NCBI GenBank assembly: GCA_951406725.2
Contig: OX597829.1
Span: 56,792,001-56,856,000, forward strand
DNA: 64,000 bases
Source of the DNA: Octopus vulgaris
Taxonomy: Eukaryota
Reading direction: 5' to 3'
This document shows positions 27,773-41,700 of this stretch, one piece after another; within the stretch, counting starts at the first letter, position 1, and each line of letters opens with the position of its first letter. A program made the position numbers and the translations under genes. A model generated the notes under the pieces. The model was not told the origin of the DNA. It searched no databases and saw only the letters and a program-made list of their open reading frames with translations.

Positions 27773-28256
27773 CACATACATATATATACATACATACATA
27801 TATACATACACATACTCATATGTACATACACATATGGTCATGTACTGCGGATGGACAAGGAGAGCTGAGTGAAGAAGTGCTACTCCCAAACAGTGAAAGG
27901 AATCCGGGGTAGAGGGAGACCCAGGAAGACATGGGATGAGGTGGTCAAGCATGACCTTTGACCATTGGGCCTCACAGATGCAATGACAAAAGACCAGGAC
28001 CGTCTGAACGTGGCCGATGATAGTGCTGCCTTGACTGGCTTCTGTGCTAGTGGCATGTAAAAAGCACTATCCGATCATGGTCAATGCCAGCTCCTCTGGC
28101 CCCTTGTGCCGATGGCAAGTAAAAAGCATCCACTACACTCATGGAGTTGTTGGCATTAAGAAGGGCATCCAGCTGTAGAAACACTGTCAGATCAGACTGG
28201 AGCCTGGTGCAGCATCCTGGCTTCCCAGACCCCAGTTGAACCGTCCAACCCATGTC
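27490..28256 (+). mobile_element. Two RTE 3' fragments with intervening microsatellite
   Basis: Same tail motifs; 27830-28000 resembles the RTE C-terminal WDEVVKHDL region. Confidence 0.75.
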
Positions 28257-28307
28257 AGTATATGTACATATATGTACACATACACATCTTTACATATACA
28301 CATACAT

Positions 28308-28356
<49 letters not shown>

Positions 28357-29207
28357 TACATATACATACACTTATATACACACACACACATATATATTAA
28401 AGATCTGGTATTCCCCATTCATGTTCATGTTGTTATATATGTGTATGTGTGTGTGTGTGTATGAATGTATAATTATCTATCAATCTCTATATCCATCAAT
28501 CATTACCATCATCCTTATTGACATTTAATGTCTGTTTTCCATGAGAGGTGCTGGCCAGCCTGAGGGTTGCCCCAGGCTTCACTGTCTGTTTTGGCAGGCA
28601 TTCCATTGTTGGATGTCCTTCCTAACACCAACCCACCTTACAGAGTGGACTGGATGCTTCTAACAGGACACCAGCGATGCCTGTGTTTGGCAAGGTTTTA
28701 CAGCTGGAAGCCCTTCTTTACAGTGTGGATTGGATGCACCAGCACTGGTAGGGGTCACCAAGTAACTTGCAAGACAAAGGGCATTGGAGGGGGGTGGCTT
28801 TGTGCCAGGTGTGGAAAGATTAAAGTATAAATAGATTGGCAGAAACAGGGGTCATGCTGTAGAGGAAATACATGGTTACTTAGTCAGAAGGAAGGAGAGA
28901 GAGAAAGAGAGAGAGAGAGAGAAAGAGAGAGAGACTAAAGAAGACCAAGAAGAAAATAAAAGGACTTAAAGCCAGTCGCTATCTCTGACCAGGTTTAGGT
29001 CTTCTGAAATTAGTAGGAACTAAGCTACCCTCAGAACAGGAATATGGCTTACATGTTTGCAGTGAAGAGGACTTCAAGATCTAGGTGGTCATAGTAAACT
29101 GGGGGACAGATTAAGTTTGCTATGCAAAATTAATAAAGAATTTTGTCTAAGCCGACATATAAAACATTACATACAAATAAACATTGCCTTTATAAATACA
29201 ATTATAC

Positions 29208-29450
29208 CTGCTTCAATTGATCCAGACCATCTATCTACCATTCTCTCAATGACCACTTCAAATAATTCACTGTCTTTCAATGGACGGTTACTCATGACAA
29301 TGGCATCATTGAATTCTCCAGCAGCATTTGGTCTGGCAGCTGTCTTGCCGTTGTTCATCACAGTAGCATTATTGCCATGGAAGTTATGAAAGCGTAATTC
29401 ATCGCCATCAGTGGCAATACTAGAATCCATTTCCGGAGAACTTAACGTTT
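29208..29450 (-). CDS. NEURL4: NEURL4 exon, start of NHR4 ([40 protein letters not shown]...WSGSIEA)
   Basis: aacag|AA, G|gtata; 243 nt, phase 1 to 1. Confidence 0.92.
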
Positions 29451-31489
29451 CTGTTGAAGTAAAAGAGAAAATAATGAAGTGAAAGAAATATCAATGTACA
29501 AATAAATGAATTTATAATCTATTTATGTATTTAACAACCTTTCTGCCTAGTTATCTATGTATCATTTTATCTGTCCCCCCCCCCCACTTACTACCTATAT
29601 ATAGATTCATACAAATGTATCTGTCTGTATCCGTCTATCTACCTGTCAATCTATAGACACATGTGGAATGATATGCTTGCATGCTTGACTTACACAGGCA
29701 TGACTGATTATATAAAAATATATAAAGTAAAAGGGAGAATGTAACTGAGTATTAATAGTGACAGGACAGCTATATTGATACAGTGAATTCCCACCACCAT
29801 CCAGGTGAAAAACAACCACATACAAACAGTGGACACAACTTTTGGCGGCAGGAGAGAGACACAGTCAAAAGATAGAGTTTAGACATTGGGCATGATTCAA
29901 CTCAGGATTAAGAGAGGTAGAGAGGAGAGGAACAACAACATGCCATATTATCAATCCATACCAGCCAGTTGGGAAATTTGAACATCAAAATGATGAAGAC
30001 GAGGATAACAGAGGTAGTCGAGATGATGACAAAGTGATACATGTATGTGTATGAGTGTGAATGTGTATGAGTGTGTTTGTGTATATAAGAGGACTGTTTA
30101 TTTGCTTTGCTAATGAGATGAGATGCTGGCTATCTTCCCTCAATATTTTTGCTGTATGTGTATGCAGAAATTTGTTTGTGTACAAATGTTATCTTTCTTT
30201 GCAAAGCATGAGTTCATGCTGCAAGCAACTGTTTCCAATGAAAGAAAATTATTCAGTTTCATCTTGAAAACTGGTGTGTGTACATTTTGTTTTTTCTTCT
30301 AGTTGCAAGATGTGTGTGCAAAGAGCTTAGAGGTGGCATTAGGTGTGAGGATGTTTTACCTGAAGTGAAGTGTACCAGAAAAGGGCTAATTACAAAAGGC
30401 TCAAATAGATGATATCAGGTGAATGCTTCAGAAAATCATAGCTTAGTTAATATGAAACAAAGTTAGGCTGGATAAAATTCAGTTTGGATTTGTATTGCAG
30501 ATATCATGTTTCTAGTGAGCAAAAGTTCTCAACTAAGAACAAATCACTCTCTGCTTTGCCAATTTGAAGAAGACCTTTGATGTGGTCTCTTACGCTGTGG
30601 TAATCTGGTGGATGTTGATAAAGCTAGAGTAAAAGATGACTGGTGTATGGAAACTGTTGAGGCCATGCACAAGCATGTTGAAACCAGGTTCATATTTGGC
30701 AGCTTATACAGTGAGGAATTCAGTGTACAAGTTAGGTGTTCATTGGGGCCCTGACTTCACCTAACCCTTCTAATTCTTTAGACAATAAAAGAGAAATACA
30801 TAAATCTTATATGTTGGCACCCAAGTTTTTGCCACAGAATCAGTTGAAGAACTATGGGAAAAATTCTAAAATTGGAAGAATGGACTAACATCCGAAAAAC
30901 TTCCAAAGTATTAGATGGTATGAGACAGCAAAAAACCCCCCAAAAAACTACAGCACTTTAAAAGAAATGGTAGCAAATCAAACTACATGGTCAATGGAAG
31001 CAACTGATATACAACAGATACAGTAGAGTTTCTGGTATACTAACAAGGAGCTGGGTGTACAAAATAGAGAGAAACAGTTAATATCATGTATATTTAAGCA
31101 ACAAAGTACATAAACAGGTTAGATGAGTCAATGGATATAGCCGATAGTTTTTAATAATATGAGGTGATTAAATAGTGGGGTGGGTGATTTTAACAAAAAT
31201 ATAATTAAATAGACTAAGAAAAAAATAGAAAAAAGATCATTAAGTTATTATTTCTATCAGCAAGTAAATTTTTCTTGAGTCAAAATAGGAGCTTCCATGT
31301 ATTGACTTGACTTGCTAGAACTAGCAGTCACATCTTCCTCTAATCACATCCTGTCAACTTACAGTAAAAGGGGACACATTGGATAAACTAGTCATAAAAA
31401 CATTTTATCTGTAAATACTGACAGGATGGTCATAGCTGGGTCAAGGGTAACCTGAGACTAAATTACCACCACCACCACCACTGCTGCTG

Positions 31490-32030
31490 CTGCAGGTTTC
31501 CCTAAGATTGGTGAGACTGATACTGTTTAAACTGATGCAGGTCCTACAGGAAACACAAGGAAAAAACCCAGAGGGATTGATCTTCTGGGAAAGGAGTGGA
31601 CACAATGATTTGTTCATGGAAAGTGGGGATTGGAAACAACAAGGGTGACAACTGATGGAGGGGCAAGTGAGTTGTGTGTACCTGGCTACTGGAGGTATGA
31701 GATCAGCCAACTTTGAGGAGCAGAGGCCCTCATAGTGGCAATCATCATCATGGAGTAGATGGCAAGTTTTATGGGGTAAAGGTTACAGTGGTGTCTGTTA
31801 GTGGTGAAATGCCAATCAACCAAGTGGCTGTTCACCGGATTCAGTCCAGGGTATCTGTGCGAGAAGCAGCAGCAGCACAATCCAAGATGTGACAGTAGCA
31901 CCCCATTGTGTGCCTCACTTAGCCTTGTTGAGCATCAGCAGCTGTTAGCGATAGTGAAGTCCTAGATATGCTAAGGATGTGATTTTGGTGGGAGAGATCC
32001 TCAATGATAGAGAAGCTCAGCATTTGATAT
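31490..32030 (-). mobile_element. Degenerate CR1/Jockey-like LINE 3' fragment
   Basis: Broken minus-strand reading (VRHTMGCYCHILDCAAA...TDTLD...ADLIPPVARYTQLT) resembles the VRPxMEYCSHIW...ADLIPP..TR C-terminus of such LINEs. Confidence 0.55.
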
Positions 32031-32175
32031 TTACTTCTTGGTTGGGAAAAGAAGATAAAAATAACCTAGGGGATAAATTGACAGCGACTGTCAAAGATGA
32101 AGGGAGACAATTTCAAAAACTTAAGAATTACTTCAAAGTAAATATGCACGAGAGTAAAGTGTAAATTGATCTTAC

Positions 32176-32338
32176 CAGACTGGTCAACAATAGTAGCCTC
32201 TGCTGCCTGACCATACAAATCTATTACTCCGTACACATTCTCAGGAACATTAGTGGCTGCCATACCTTGGTCAACATGGTTTACGAAAAAATGTAAGGAA
32301 CCATCACTTTTTCGCATCACACCAACATGGTCCTTAAT
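32176..32338 (-). CDS. NEURL4: NEURL4 exon, end of NHR3 ([20 protein letters not shown]...[20 protein letters not shown])
   Basis: accag|ATT, G|gtaag; 163 nt, phase 0 to 1. Confidence 0.93.
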
Positions 32339-32417
32339 CTGGTAAAGAATAAAAACAAAAATCATTTAACATCTTTAAACAGATTTTTCTGGCACTGCTA
32401 TTTTAACAAATATTAAA

Positions 32418-33450
32418 TCATCATCGTTTAACGTACATTTTCCATGCTGGCATGGGTTGGACGGTTTGACTGAGGACTGGCAAGCCAGGAGGCTGCACCA
32501 GGATCTAATCTGATCTGGCAGTGTTTCTACAGCTGGAAGCCCTTCCTAACGCCAACCACTCCAAAAGTGTAGTGGCTGCTTTTATGTGCCACTAACATGA
32601 GGGCCAGTCAGACGGTACTGGCAACGGCCATGCTCAAGTGGTGTTTTTTATGTGCCACCTGCACAGGAGCCAGTCCAGTGGCACTGGCAACGACCTCACT
32701 CGAATGTTTTTTCACGTGCCACCAGCACAAGTGCCAGTAAGGCGACGCTGGTAACAATCACGTTTGAATGGTGCTTTTTACGTGCCACCGGCCTGGAAGA
32801 AAGTCAGCTGCTCTGGCAGTGATCACAATCAGATGGTGCTCTTAGCGCATCATTGGCACAGGTGCCAGTTGTCGAATTTGCAAATTTGATTTGATTTCGA
32901 TTTCACTTGCCTCAACAGGTCTTCACAAGCAGAGTTTAGTGTCCAAAGAAGGAAAGACATAGGTCATACAGTTATGGTCTCACTTGGCTTGCCGGGTCTT
33001 CTCAAGCACTGCATATTTCCAAAGGTTTCGGTCACTGGACATTGCCTTGGTGAGGCGTAATGTTCAAAGATCATGCTTCACCACCTCATCTCAGATCTTC
33101 CTGGGTCTACCTCTTCTTAACCGCTAGGGTGTGACACTTTTTCACACAGCTATCCTCATCCATTCTCGCCACATGGCCATACCAGCACAGTTGTCTCTCT
33201 TGCACACCAGATCTGATGCTTCTTAGGTCCAACTTATCTCTCAAGGGACTTACACTCTGTCGAGTATGAACACTGACATTACACATCCATTGGATCATAC
33301 TGGCTTCGTTCCTTGCGAGCTTAAACATGTCCTCAGCAGTCATGGCCCATGTTTCACTGCCATGTAGCATGGCTGTTCGTGCACATGCATCATACAGTCT
33401 ACCTTTTACTCTGACCGAGAGGCCCTTTGTCACCAGCAGAGGTAAGAGCT
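32418..33450 (-). mobile_element. RTE-clade LINE 3' fragment (same family as 60003-62039), opposite orientation
   Basis: ORF 33107..33433 (TKGLSVRVKGRLYDAC...WYGHVARMDED) followed by the same modular 3' UTR and (GAT)n tail. Confidence 0.88.
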
Positions 33451-34271
33451 TGTACTAATAATATACCTTCAAATGACTTATTGTTTAAGCAAAAAAAAAG
33501 TTCTGGTCTTGAGTCAAAATTAGGACTCACCATCATCATCATCGTCACATAATCATTATTATTATTATTATTAGGGCAGTGGACTATCAGAATCATGTAA
33601 AGTTTTGGAGAAAATGCCTTACAGCATTTCTTCTGGTTCCTTATGTTCGGGAATGCAATCCAATTGACATTAACTTCATTTATTATCTTTCCAGAGTAAA
33701 TAAAATAAAGTACTAGGCAAGTTCCAGGGTGAGTTTTCCCAATGCACCCGTGTGCTGGTGACACGTAAAAGGCACACAGTAAACAGTATGGAGGGTTGGC
33801 ATTAGGAAGGGCATCCCACCATAGAAACCAAGCCAAAACGGACTGCAACCTGGTGCAGCTCTCTGGCTTACCAGTTCTAGAGAAACTGTAACCGATGCTA
33901 GCATGGGAAAGTGATGATGATGATGATGATGGGGTAAAGAAGTAGTGGCTGTGGATTGGACACACATTATACAAACCAGTAATGAATATTACCAAACACC
34001 TACATGGAATCTATGAAAAATTACTTGCCAAGAAAGCAGAGTACACATAGAATGAACTAGAGAGCACAAATGAGGACAGAAAAAGTGAAGAAACATTGGC
34101 AGTGGGTAATCAATATACACACGTGGCTATGTGTTTAAGAAGTTTGACTCTCACGATGTGGTCCCAGGTTCAGCCCAACTGTGTGACACCTTGGGCAAGT
34201 ATCTTTTACTATATAGCTTTGGGCTGACACAACCTTATGAGTGGACTTCACGGATAGAAAGAGAAAGAAGT

Positions 34272-34322
<51 letters not shown>

Positions 34323-34347
34323 ATATATATATATATATATATATACA

Positions 34348-34455
34348 CTTTATTTAAAGCAGCAGAAAATTCAACAAAATCTGTTACTCTGATGAACGGC
34401 AACGAGAAACTCAGAGTAACAGATTTTGTTGAATTTTCTGCTGCTTTAAATAAAG
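34348..34455. repeat. Perfect 45-bp hairpin with hammerhead core residues in and around the 18-nt loop
   Basis: 34348-34392 is the exact reverse complement of 34411-34455; centre reads CTGATGA-ACGGCAACGA-GAAACTCAGAGTA; follows a (TA)n tract. Confidence 0.85.
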
Positions 34456-35254
34456 CATATTACTCTACCACTGGTATTTGAGTACTCTTTTTTTTCCACC
34501 TTGTTTCACATTTATGTGTTTACTCTGGTATATATATATATATTGGAGACAATAAGTAACAAGATAAAGGAGAAATTTAATTTAATTTAATAATATCATT
34601 TCACATTCTGAGTTGAATGTTTACTGAGATCAACTTTACTTTCATCCTTTTGAGGTCAACAAAATAAAGTACCAGTAATATACTGGAATTTAACTAAGTT
34701 TGTTGTCATGTGCCTCAGTGTGAAATTATAAAACTGAAATTAAATTTCATGGTTTTTCCATTTTCTGCAAGTCTCAAGAGAAAATCGTTTCAAAAGGACA
34801 TTCCCCAACAAAAATTAGATTGGTATATAAAACTGCTTCTGCAGTTAAAGCTAATGAAATTTTGAGTAGATATGCGATTTCCACAGTAAAAAGGCTTAAG
34901 ACGAATTGGTGGAGCTTACAGTTAGGAATATTGCACAAGAGAATTCAAAGAGTTTTAGTTTACAGTGATACAACAATAATGGTAATAATCCTTTCTATTG
35001 GAGGCGCAAGGCCTCAAATATGGTGGGGAAGGGACAAGTCGATTACATCGACCCCAGTGTTTCACTGGTGCTTAATTTACTGACCCTGAGAGGATGAAAG
35101 GCAAAGTTGACCTTAGCAGAATTTGAACTCAGAACGTGACTGGTGAAATACCACTAAACATTTTACCCACCATGCTAACGATTCTGCCAGCACCCCCCAA
35201 CCCCGCCTTGATGAAAGTGGTAATAATGAGAGGCTAAAATAAGAAGATGGTTAC

Positions 35255-35522
35255 CTTGAGTCTGTCCAAGCTTTGTCCATATTCATCCATCACAGTTGTT
35301 CCATTGTGCATCACCCCGTTTGAAGTCATCATCCATGTACCAGAGCGAACGTTGGTCATCGTTGGAGGAAACTCCAGACTGGTCGGTGAATGTGTAGTGA
35401 CTCCAATCTCAATGGAACCGGCCCATTTATCTATCATCTTGTCAATGCGTACTTCAAATAACTCATTAGGTTTTAGTGGACGATTAGTCAAAACTACCCC
35501 ATAATTGAAGTCTTCATGAGCA
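35255..35522 (-). CDS. NEURL4: NEURL4 exon, NHR3 ([40 protein letters not shown]...)
   Basis: aacag|T, AAG|gtaac; 268 nt, phase 2 to 0; ORF 35234..35491. Confidence 0.93.
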
Positions 35523-36059
35523 CTGTTAATGGGAAGAAAGAAACAATTACTGAATGATTATGATGGATCAACTTCGTTACTCTTTATTACTCGTTTACAC
35601 AGGTTTCATTTATTCTGACAAAGACTGGCAGTTCTAATGTAGGCGTTTGTTAACCCTTTCATAACCATAATACTGCATTACATATTTTGACGGGTTCATA
35701 TAAGGTTCTAATAAATACTCTAGTATTCATAGTAATGATGGTATTATTTATATTGTGTATTTATACAAAGAGTTCAATTCCTAGACCAGGTGGTGAGTTG
35801 TGTTCTTGAGCAAAACACTTCATCTCTCATTGCTCTGTGACCACTTTGGCATTGATGCCTGGCACACAGGGCACCTGTTCAGATAATGTTGATTTGATAG
35901 AGAGAAAGTGAGTGGAACGAACATTTGATCTCTATAAACAAATCATTTGTGCAGGTCGTTTGGCAAAAAGCTGAACACTCATGCGTCATGTTTGACAGGA
36001 GAGTCCACCACACACACACACATATATATATATATATAGTTGTTGTTGGCATCCTTTTT

Positions 36060-36420
36060 GTCTGTGGAGACAATGGAGTTGCGCATAAAATAATCTAGTC
36101 AGGCTTTTACATCTCATGTCCTAATACATCTCCTGCTGTGGCTGTGTAGTCCTATCCTGGACAAACACTCCCTCTGGCAGATGCCGCAAAGCGAAGGCTT
36201 TGCCTGGCTGGTTGTAATGTCATAGTTTCTTGTTGACGTCTTTTCTTGTCTTTCCATTTCTTCTCTCTCTCTCTGTCACTCCTTTGTGTTCCCTCTTTTA
36301 CGGTACGTTGCCAATCTCCACAGTTGCTGGTAACTGCTTCCCAGTTGCTAATATTGATGTCGCAGGCCTTCATGTCCCTTTTGCAAATATCCTTGTATCG
36401 TAAGAACGGTCTTCGTTATA
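36060..36420 (-). mobile_element. RTE/BovB-like LINE 3' fragment
   Basis: MKACDINISNWEAVTSNCGDWQRTVKEG.. resembles the RTE-BovB C-terminus; tail adjoins (AAC)/(TA) repeats. Confidence 0.62.
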
Positions 36421-36432
36421 TATATATAAAGA

Positions 36433-36535
<103 letters not shown>

Positions 36536-37621
36536 ATATAGATGCAGTGGATCTTGCAAGCGTGAAGTGGATTCGATCCACCACAGCCAAATTTAAATTA
36601 ACACTGCAACAGAACTTTTCCCACAATGGAACAATGGTTTTTTTTTCTCTGACAGCAGTTTTACATTTTCCAGATGCCTTTAGCTAGGCCGAAATAATGT
36701 CTTCACCATTTGACCCTTTCTAACCTCTTCTACTTCACCAAAAGCTAGAATAGAGATAACAAGACCACCAACTAAATCTATTGTTCTCAATGATATATCT
36801 ATCCTTCTGGATAGCTATAAAAACAAGAACCCCCAAGCATAAACCATATAGTCACTTGGCGACAACTGAGCGAGGTGGCTCGTGACGACTCAATTAGTTA
36901 GGGAACGGACTGCTAGAATCACAAGGAATGCAGCTACTAAAGACAATGGTCAGCAAGAGAAATGAAATTTACTGTCAGCAACTGTGAAACACCCTACAAT
37001 TCTCTCTAGCTCCAATTCTGTTCTCTTATAATATTCTGTCGCTATCTGTGGATTACTACAAACTGTTTGTATACGCCAAACTATGCAAAGAAATCTTCTA
37101 CTGCATCTAACTTTCTTTCGCATGCTTTTGGATCTATCATAACCTGCTCGTCGAGGTATGGTATTTTTTAACGTAATGGTAAATAAATACTTTCTTAAAA
37201 CTTCATGCATTGTTCATCTTTCACATCCTACAGTATGCAATTATAACAACATATTTTTATCGTTACAACTGCTGACTCCAACATTTCATAATATTGTGTA
37301 CCTAATCAATCTTACCCGTTACATATATATGCACACACATGTATATACATACACACACATGTATATACATACACACACACACACACACACAAATACATTT
37401 TGCACACACATATGTAAGGAAAGTGAGACAGTGAGAGAGAGATGTCTAAGGCTTATTGATGCGGATATATAAAATAGCGAGTCTTGTGCAAGATCTTATG
37501 ATGTTAGATATATTTTAGAAATGATGATGATGATGAAATATCTCAAGTTCTGGGATGAGATATTGTAAATAAACACGGGTAAAATGAACGTCCTAATATT
37601 TTCAATAATGATCGGATGACA

Positions 37622-38180
37622 CGCCATGCTTGAAGAGACCTATTGAGTCAAGGAAAATCACAATCAAAATCAAAATAAAGTGGAAATTGTAGTTGTGGCC
37701 GATGCCAGCGCCTCCTGACTAGCACCCGTGCTGGTGGCACATAATAAGCACCATTCATGCGTGGGTCGATGCCAGTGCTGCCTGACTGGCTCCCTGTGCC
37801 AGTGGCATGTAAACAGCACCATCTGAATGTGGTCGATGCCAGCCACCCCTGCCTCGACTGTCTCCTGTGCCAGTGACATGTAAAAAGCACCATCTGAACG
37901 TGGCTGATGCCAGCCACCCCTGCCTCGACTGGCTCCTGTGCCAGTGGCATGTAAATAGCACCATCTGAATGTGGCTGATGCCAATACTGCCTGATTGGCT
38001 CCTGTGCAGGTGACATGAAAAAGCACCCACTACAGTCTCGTAGTGGTTGGCATTAGGGAGGGCATCCAGCTGTAGAAACCTCGCCAGATCAGATTGGAGC
38101 CAGGTGCAGCCTCCTGGCTTGCCAGTCCCCGGTCAAATCATCCAATTCATGCCACCATGGAAAATGGGCCTTAAATGATG
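37622..38180 (+). mobile_element. RTE 3' UTR copy with about five tandem 65-bp modules
   Basis: Repeated GTGGCxGATGCCAG...GACTGGCTCCTGTGCCAGTGGCATGTAAA-AGCACCATCTGAA units followed by the standard tail. Confidence 0.82.
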
Positions 38181-38883
38181 ATAATAATGACGATGGTAAT
38201 GTATTCATATGAAGATGAAAATCACAACTGCACAAGTTTCTGCTTGAATTAGAGGAGAAATTTTTGCTGCCAAACAGTACAAGAATGCAGCGAACTGGCT
38301 CCTGTTATGAAATGTCACAGAGGCAAAAGTTGGCCTTCCTCAGATAAATAACACCTATCTGGACTATGGTTCATAAACATTCTTATTTCTGCTGTGGTGA
38401 ATAAATTTATAGATCTTCATAACATTGTTTCAATATGTTAAAGGGTTTGATTATATCACTAATATTGTTCCATAGTTAAAATTGTTTAAAGCATAACACT
38501 AAATTTCGTTTTGTTGTGCAGATTTGGATTGTGTATTTGATTTCTTTCCATAGTTAAGGTTGTTTAACCCTTTTGTTACCACTACCTCTGTAGAAATACA
38601 CTGCACATTTGTTTCAATTAATTTTGAAAATAATGAAGAATTAGTTAAATAACTTTGTTGTTATTAAACTGAGGTTTGGAGCATAAATTAACATGGAATT
38701 GATTTATTTTAAGTAGTTTTAAAACAGGAGACTTGTATCTCAGAACTGAGGACGATTTGAGGTGGGTATGTATTATAAATGGTTTTGAAGTATAACAGTC
38801 AAACACAAGCAGCAGCAACAGGAAGAACAAAAACAAAGAAGAATCATAAAGGAATTAATAAATAGAAACAAAATATTAATTAC

Positions 38884-38968
38884 TTGGGTCGAAATGCCGT
38901 CTTTTGTCCATTGATTACTGAAGCATGGAATCCACAATATGGATGAAACAATAATTTATCTCCTTGCT
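38884..38968 (-). CDS. NEURL4: NEURL4 exon, start of NHR3 (EQGDKLLFHPYCGFHASVINGQKTAFRP)
   Basis: tgcag|AG, AA|gtaat; 85 nt, phase 1 to 2. Confidence 0.9.
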
Positions 38969-40272
38969 CTGCAAATAAACAATTACAACTTTTATGTCAA
39001 TAATACACAATACACACAATTTACAATGACACGATGACTTCATTCTAAAATAGAGTATGAGTCTCAAGAAATAATCAGAGATTAAGGGATAAGAAGAATA
39101 ACACTGATATTAATTTCTAATCCCAAATTCCCTTGCTCTAATATTGATTTCTTTTGATTATGATACAAAGCTGATATTTTCAAGTGTAAAGTGAAAGAAA
39201 TAAACAACTATAGAATTTATTTATGAATATTGTCTACTAAACCACACCTGCATGGAATTCATTAAGGTGTATTTTCTATGCCAAGATGCCCTTCTGGTTG
39301 CCAACATTCATTTGTTTCCAAACAATGTAATATTTCCCAATAGGTGAATAAGTTCCCACAGAAGGCTGGAAATGAGGGTCACTGCATGTATGACAGTGAC
39401 AAACATTAATAACAACTGTGTGATAATAGTCAAAACAAGGAGATACAAACATTTGCACACAAATACCTCCCCACATATACATATACACAGATATGACTGA
39501 CTTCTTTCAGTTTCCCATTTTCTAAATCCATTCAAAAGGCTTTCTTCAACCTGAGACTATACAGAAGACAGCTGCACAAGGTGCCATGCAGTGGGACTGA
39601 ACCTGAAACCATGTGGTTGGGAAGCAAGCTTCTTAGCACACAGCCATGTCAAGGACTTGTATATCATGTATACAGTCAAAGTTAGTGGTTTGAGATGAAA
39701 AGCAAAAATTGATCCAAACAAGATGTATATCTGTCTGACCAACAGATAAAGACCAAGGGACCAATTACAGGTGTGTTGATAGTGAAGTAATTAAGGATAT
39801 ACATATAATCAGATGAAACTGAATGTTCCTCAGAGACTGCCTCTGAGACATTGAAAAGTGTGAATAAATGTCACACTTTTAATATGCGTAAGTAATCAGA
39901 GAGGGCAAGAAGGCATTAGTCTCAACAATTGGTACTTAGCAGCATCATTTCCAACTACAGCAACATTAAAACTGCCAGAGACAAGGAATTACAAATGTCT
40001 CAAATTGATGGATCAACTTTTGAAGAGGGCAGAAAGAAGGAGTTGTTTAACCTCAGTATTGTTTCTAGGATTACGTATTACAATGTGTCCCTCTGTTTTT
40101 AGGATAGTAAGCTGAAATCTGAAGGAAAGGGGCTTTTTTCACTTCAGTGCAGGCTTTGATCGATTCATAATATGATGGCAATACAACTTCAACTACTAAT
40201 TGTGGGGCTCTAACTAAAGAGACAGAAATTGGACCCCCAACTAGTTTTGGAAATTTGGGCAGTGTAGCTGAC

Positions 40273-40576
<304 letters not shown>

Positions 40577-40714
40577 ATTAATCTCAGAAAGATGAAAAGC
40601 AAAGTTGACCTCAGATTTTTTTTTTTTACTCAGGAAACAACAAAGAACCAAAACAATCACAGCAGGGCTGTGTCTGATGCCCTACTGACTGCCAGTCAAT
40701 TAACAAAACTTCAA

Positions 40715-41054
40715 TGCCAGTGCCACTAGACTGGCTCCTGTGCCAGTGGCACATAAAAAGCACCATTTGAGCATGGTTGATGTCAGTGCCACCTGACTGA
40801 CACCTGTGTCAGTGGCACGTAAAAAGTACCATTTGAGCATGGCCGATGCCAACGCCTCCTAACTGGCTCCTGTGTCAGTGGCATGTAAATAGCACCCACT
40901 ACACTCTTGGAGTGGTTGGCATTAGGAAGGGTATCCAGCTGTAGAAACCTTGCCGAATCAGACTGGGGCCTGGTGTAGCCTTCTGGTTTACCAGTTCTCC
41001 GTCAAATAGTCCAACCCATGCCAGCATGGAAAGCAGACGTTAAACGATGATGAT
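40715..41054 (+). mobile_element. RTE 3' UTR copy with three modules, ending about 27 nt from the exon donor at 41082
   Basis: Same modules; tail GACGTTAAACGATGATGAT. Confidence 0.8.
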
Positions 41055-41081
41055 AGTGTTATTGCATTAAGGACAACTTAC

Positions 41082-41403
41082 CTTCAATAATATCAGGATC
41101 GTCTGAATAAAACTGGAATGAGTTGTTTCTTCTTTGGTCAGTAACAGTGGCAGCAGCAGCTGAGTCTGGAGTCGAAACTGCCTCCATGTTAGCCAACTGC
41201 ATGGGAACACATTCATTGTTACAAACGGGAGTTCTTACTGGACTGCTATCTATAATAGTAACCTTGACAGCCATGCCATAAAGATCCACCACACCCCATA
41301 CTGTGGGCGTGACATCCGTTGCAGCTATCCCCTGATCCATACCATTGATAAAGTAATGAAGGGATCCATTAGATTTCCGCACCAATCCTATCCTGTCACC
41401 CAC
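41082..41403 (-). CDS. NEURL4: NEURL4 exon, end of NHR2 plus linker ([21 protein letters not shown]...[14 protein letters not shown])
   Basis: gtag|GTG, G|gtaag; 322 nt, phase 0 to 1; ORF 41059..41403. Confidence 0.92.
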
Positions 41404-41660
41404 CTACAAATAAAAATGGAACATTATCAGTTGTTAATAATAATAATAATAATTGTTTCTACTGGAAGCACAAGGCCTCAAATTTTGGGGGAGGGGATTA
41501 GTTGATAATATCGACTCCAGTGCATAACTGGTACTTATTTCATCCACCCTAAAAGGATGAAAAGCAAAGCCAACCATGGTGAATTTGAACTCAGAACGTA
41601 GTGACAGGTGAAACGCCACTAAATATCTTGCTTGGCATGTTAACGATTCTGCCAGTTTGC

Positions 41661-41700
<40 letters not shown>

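Noticed and set aside
35247-35504. Plus-strand ORFs overlapping exons (also 29117..29389, 57096..57287, 52976..53209)
   Set aside because: Antisense shadows of NEURL4 coding exons
37690-38030. Regularly spaced repeats superficially like a CRISPR array
   Set aside because: The whole unit repeats with no unique spacers, there are no cas genes, the context is eukaryotic, and the units belong to an RTE 3' UTR
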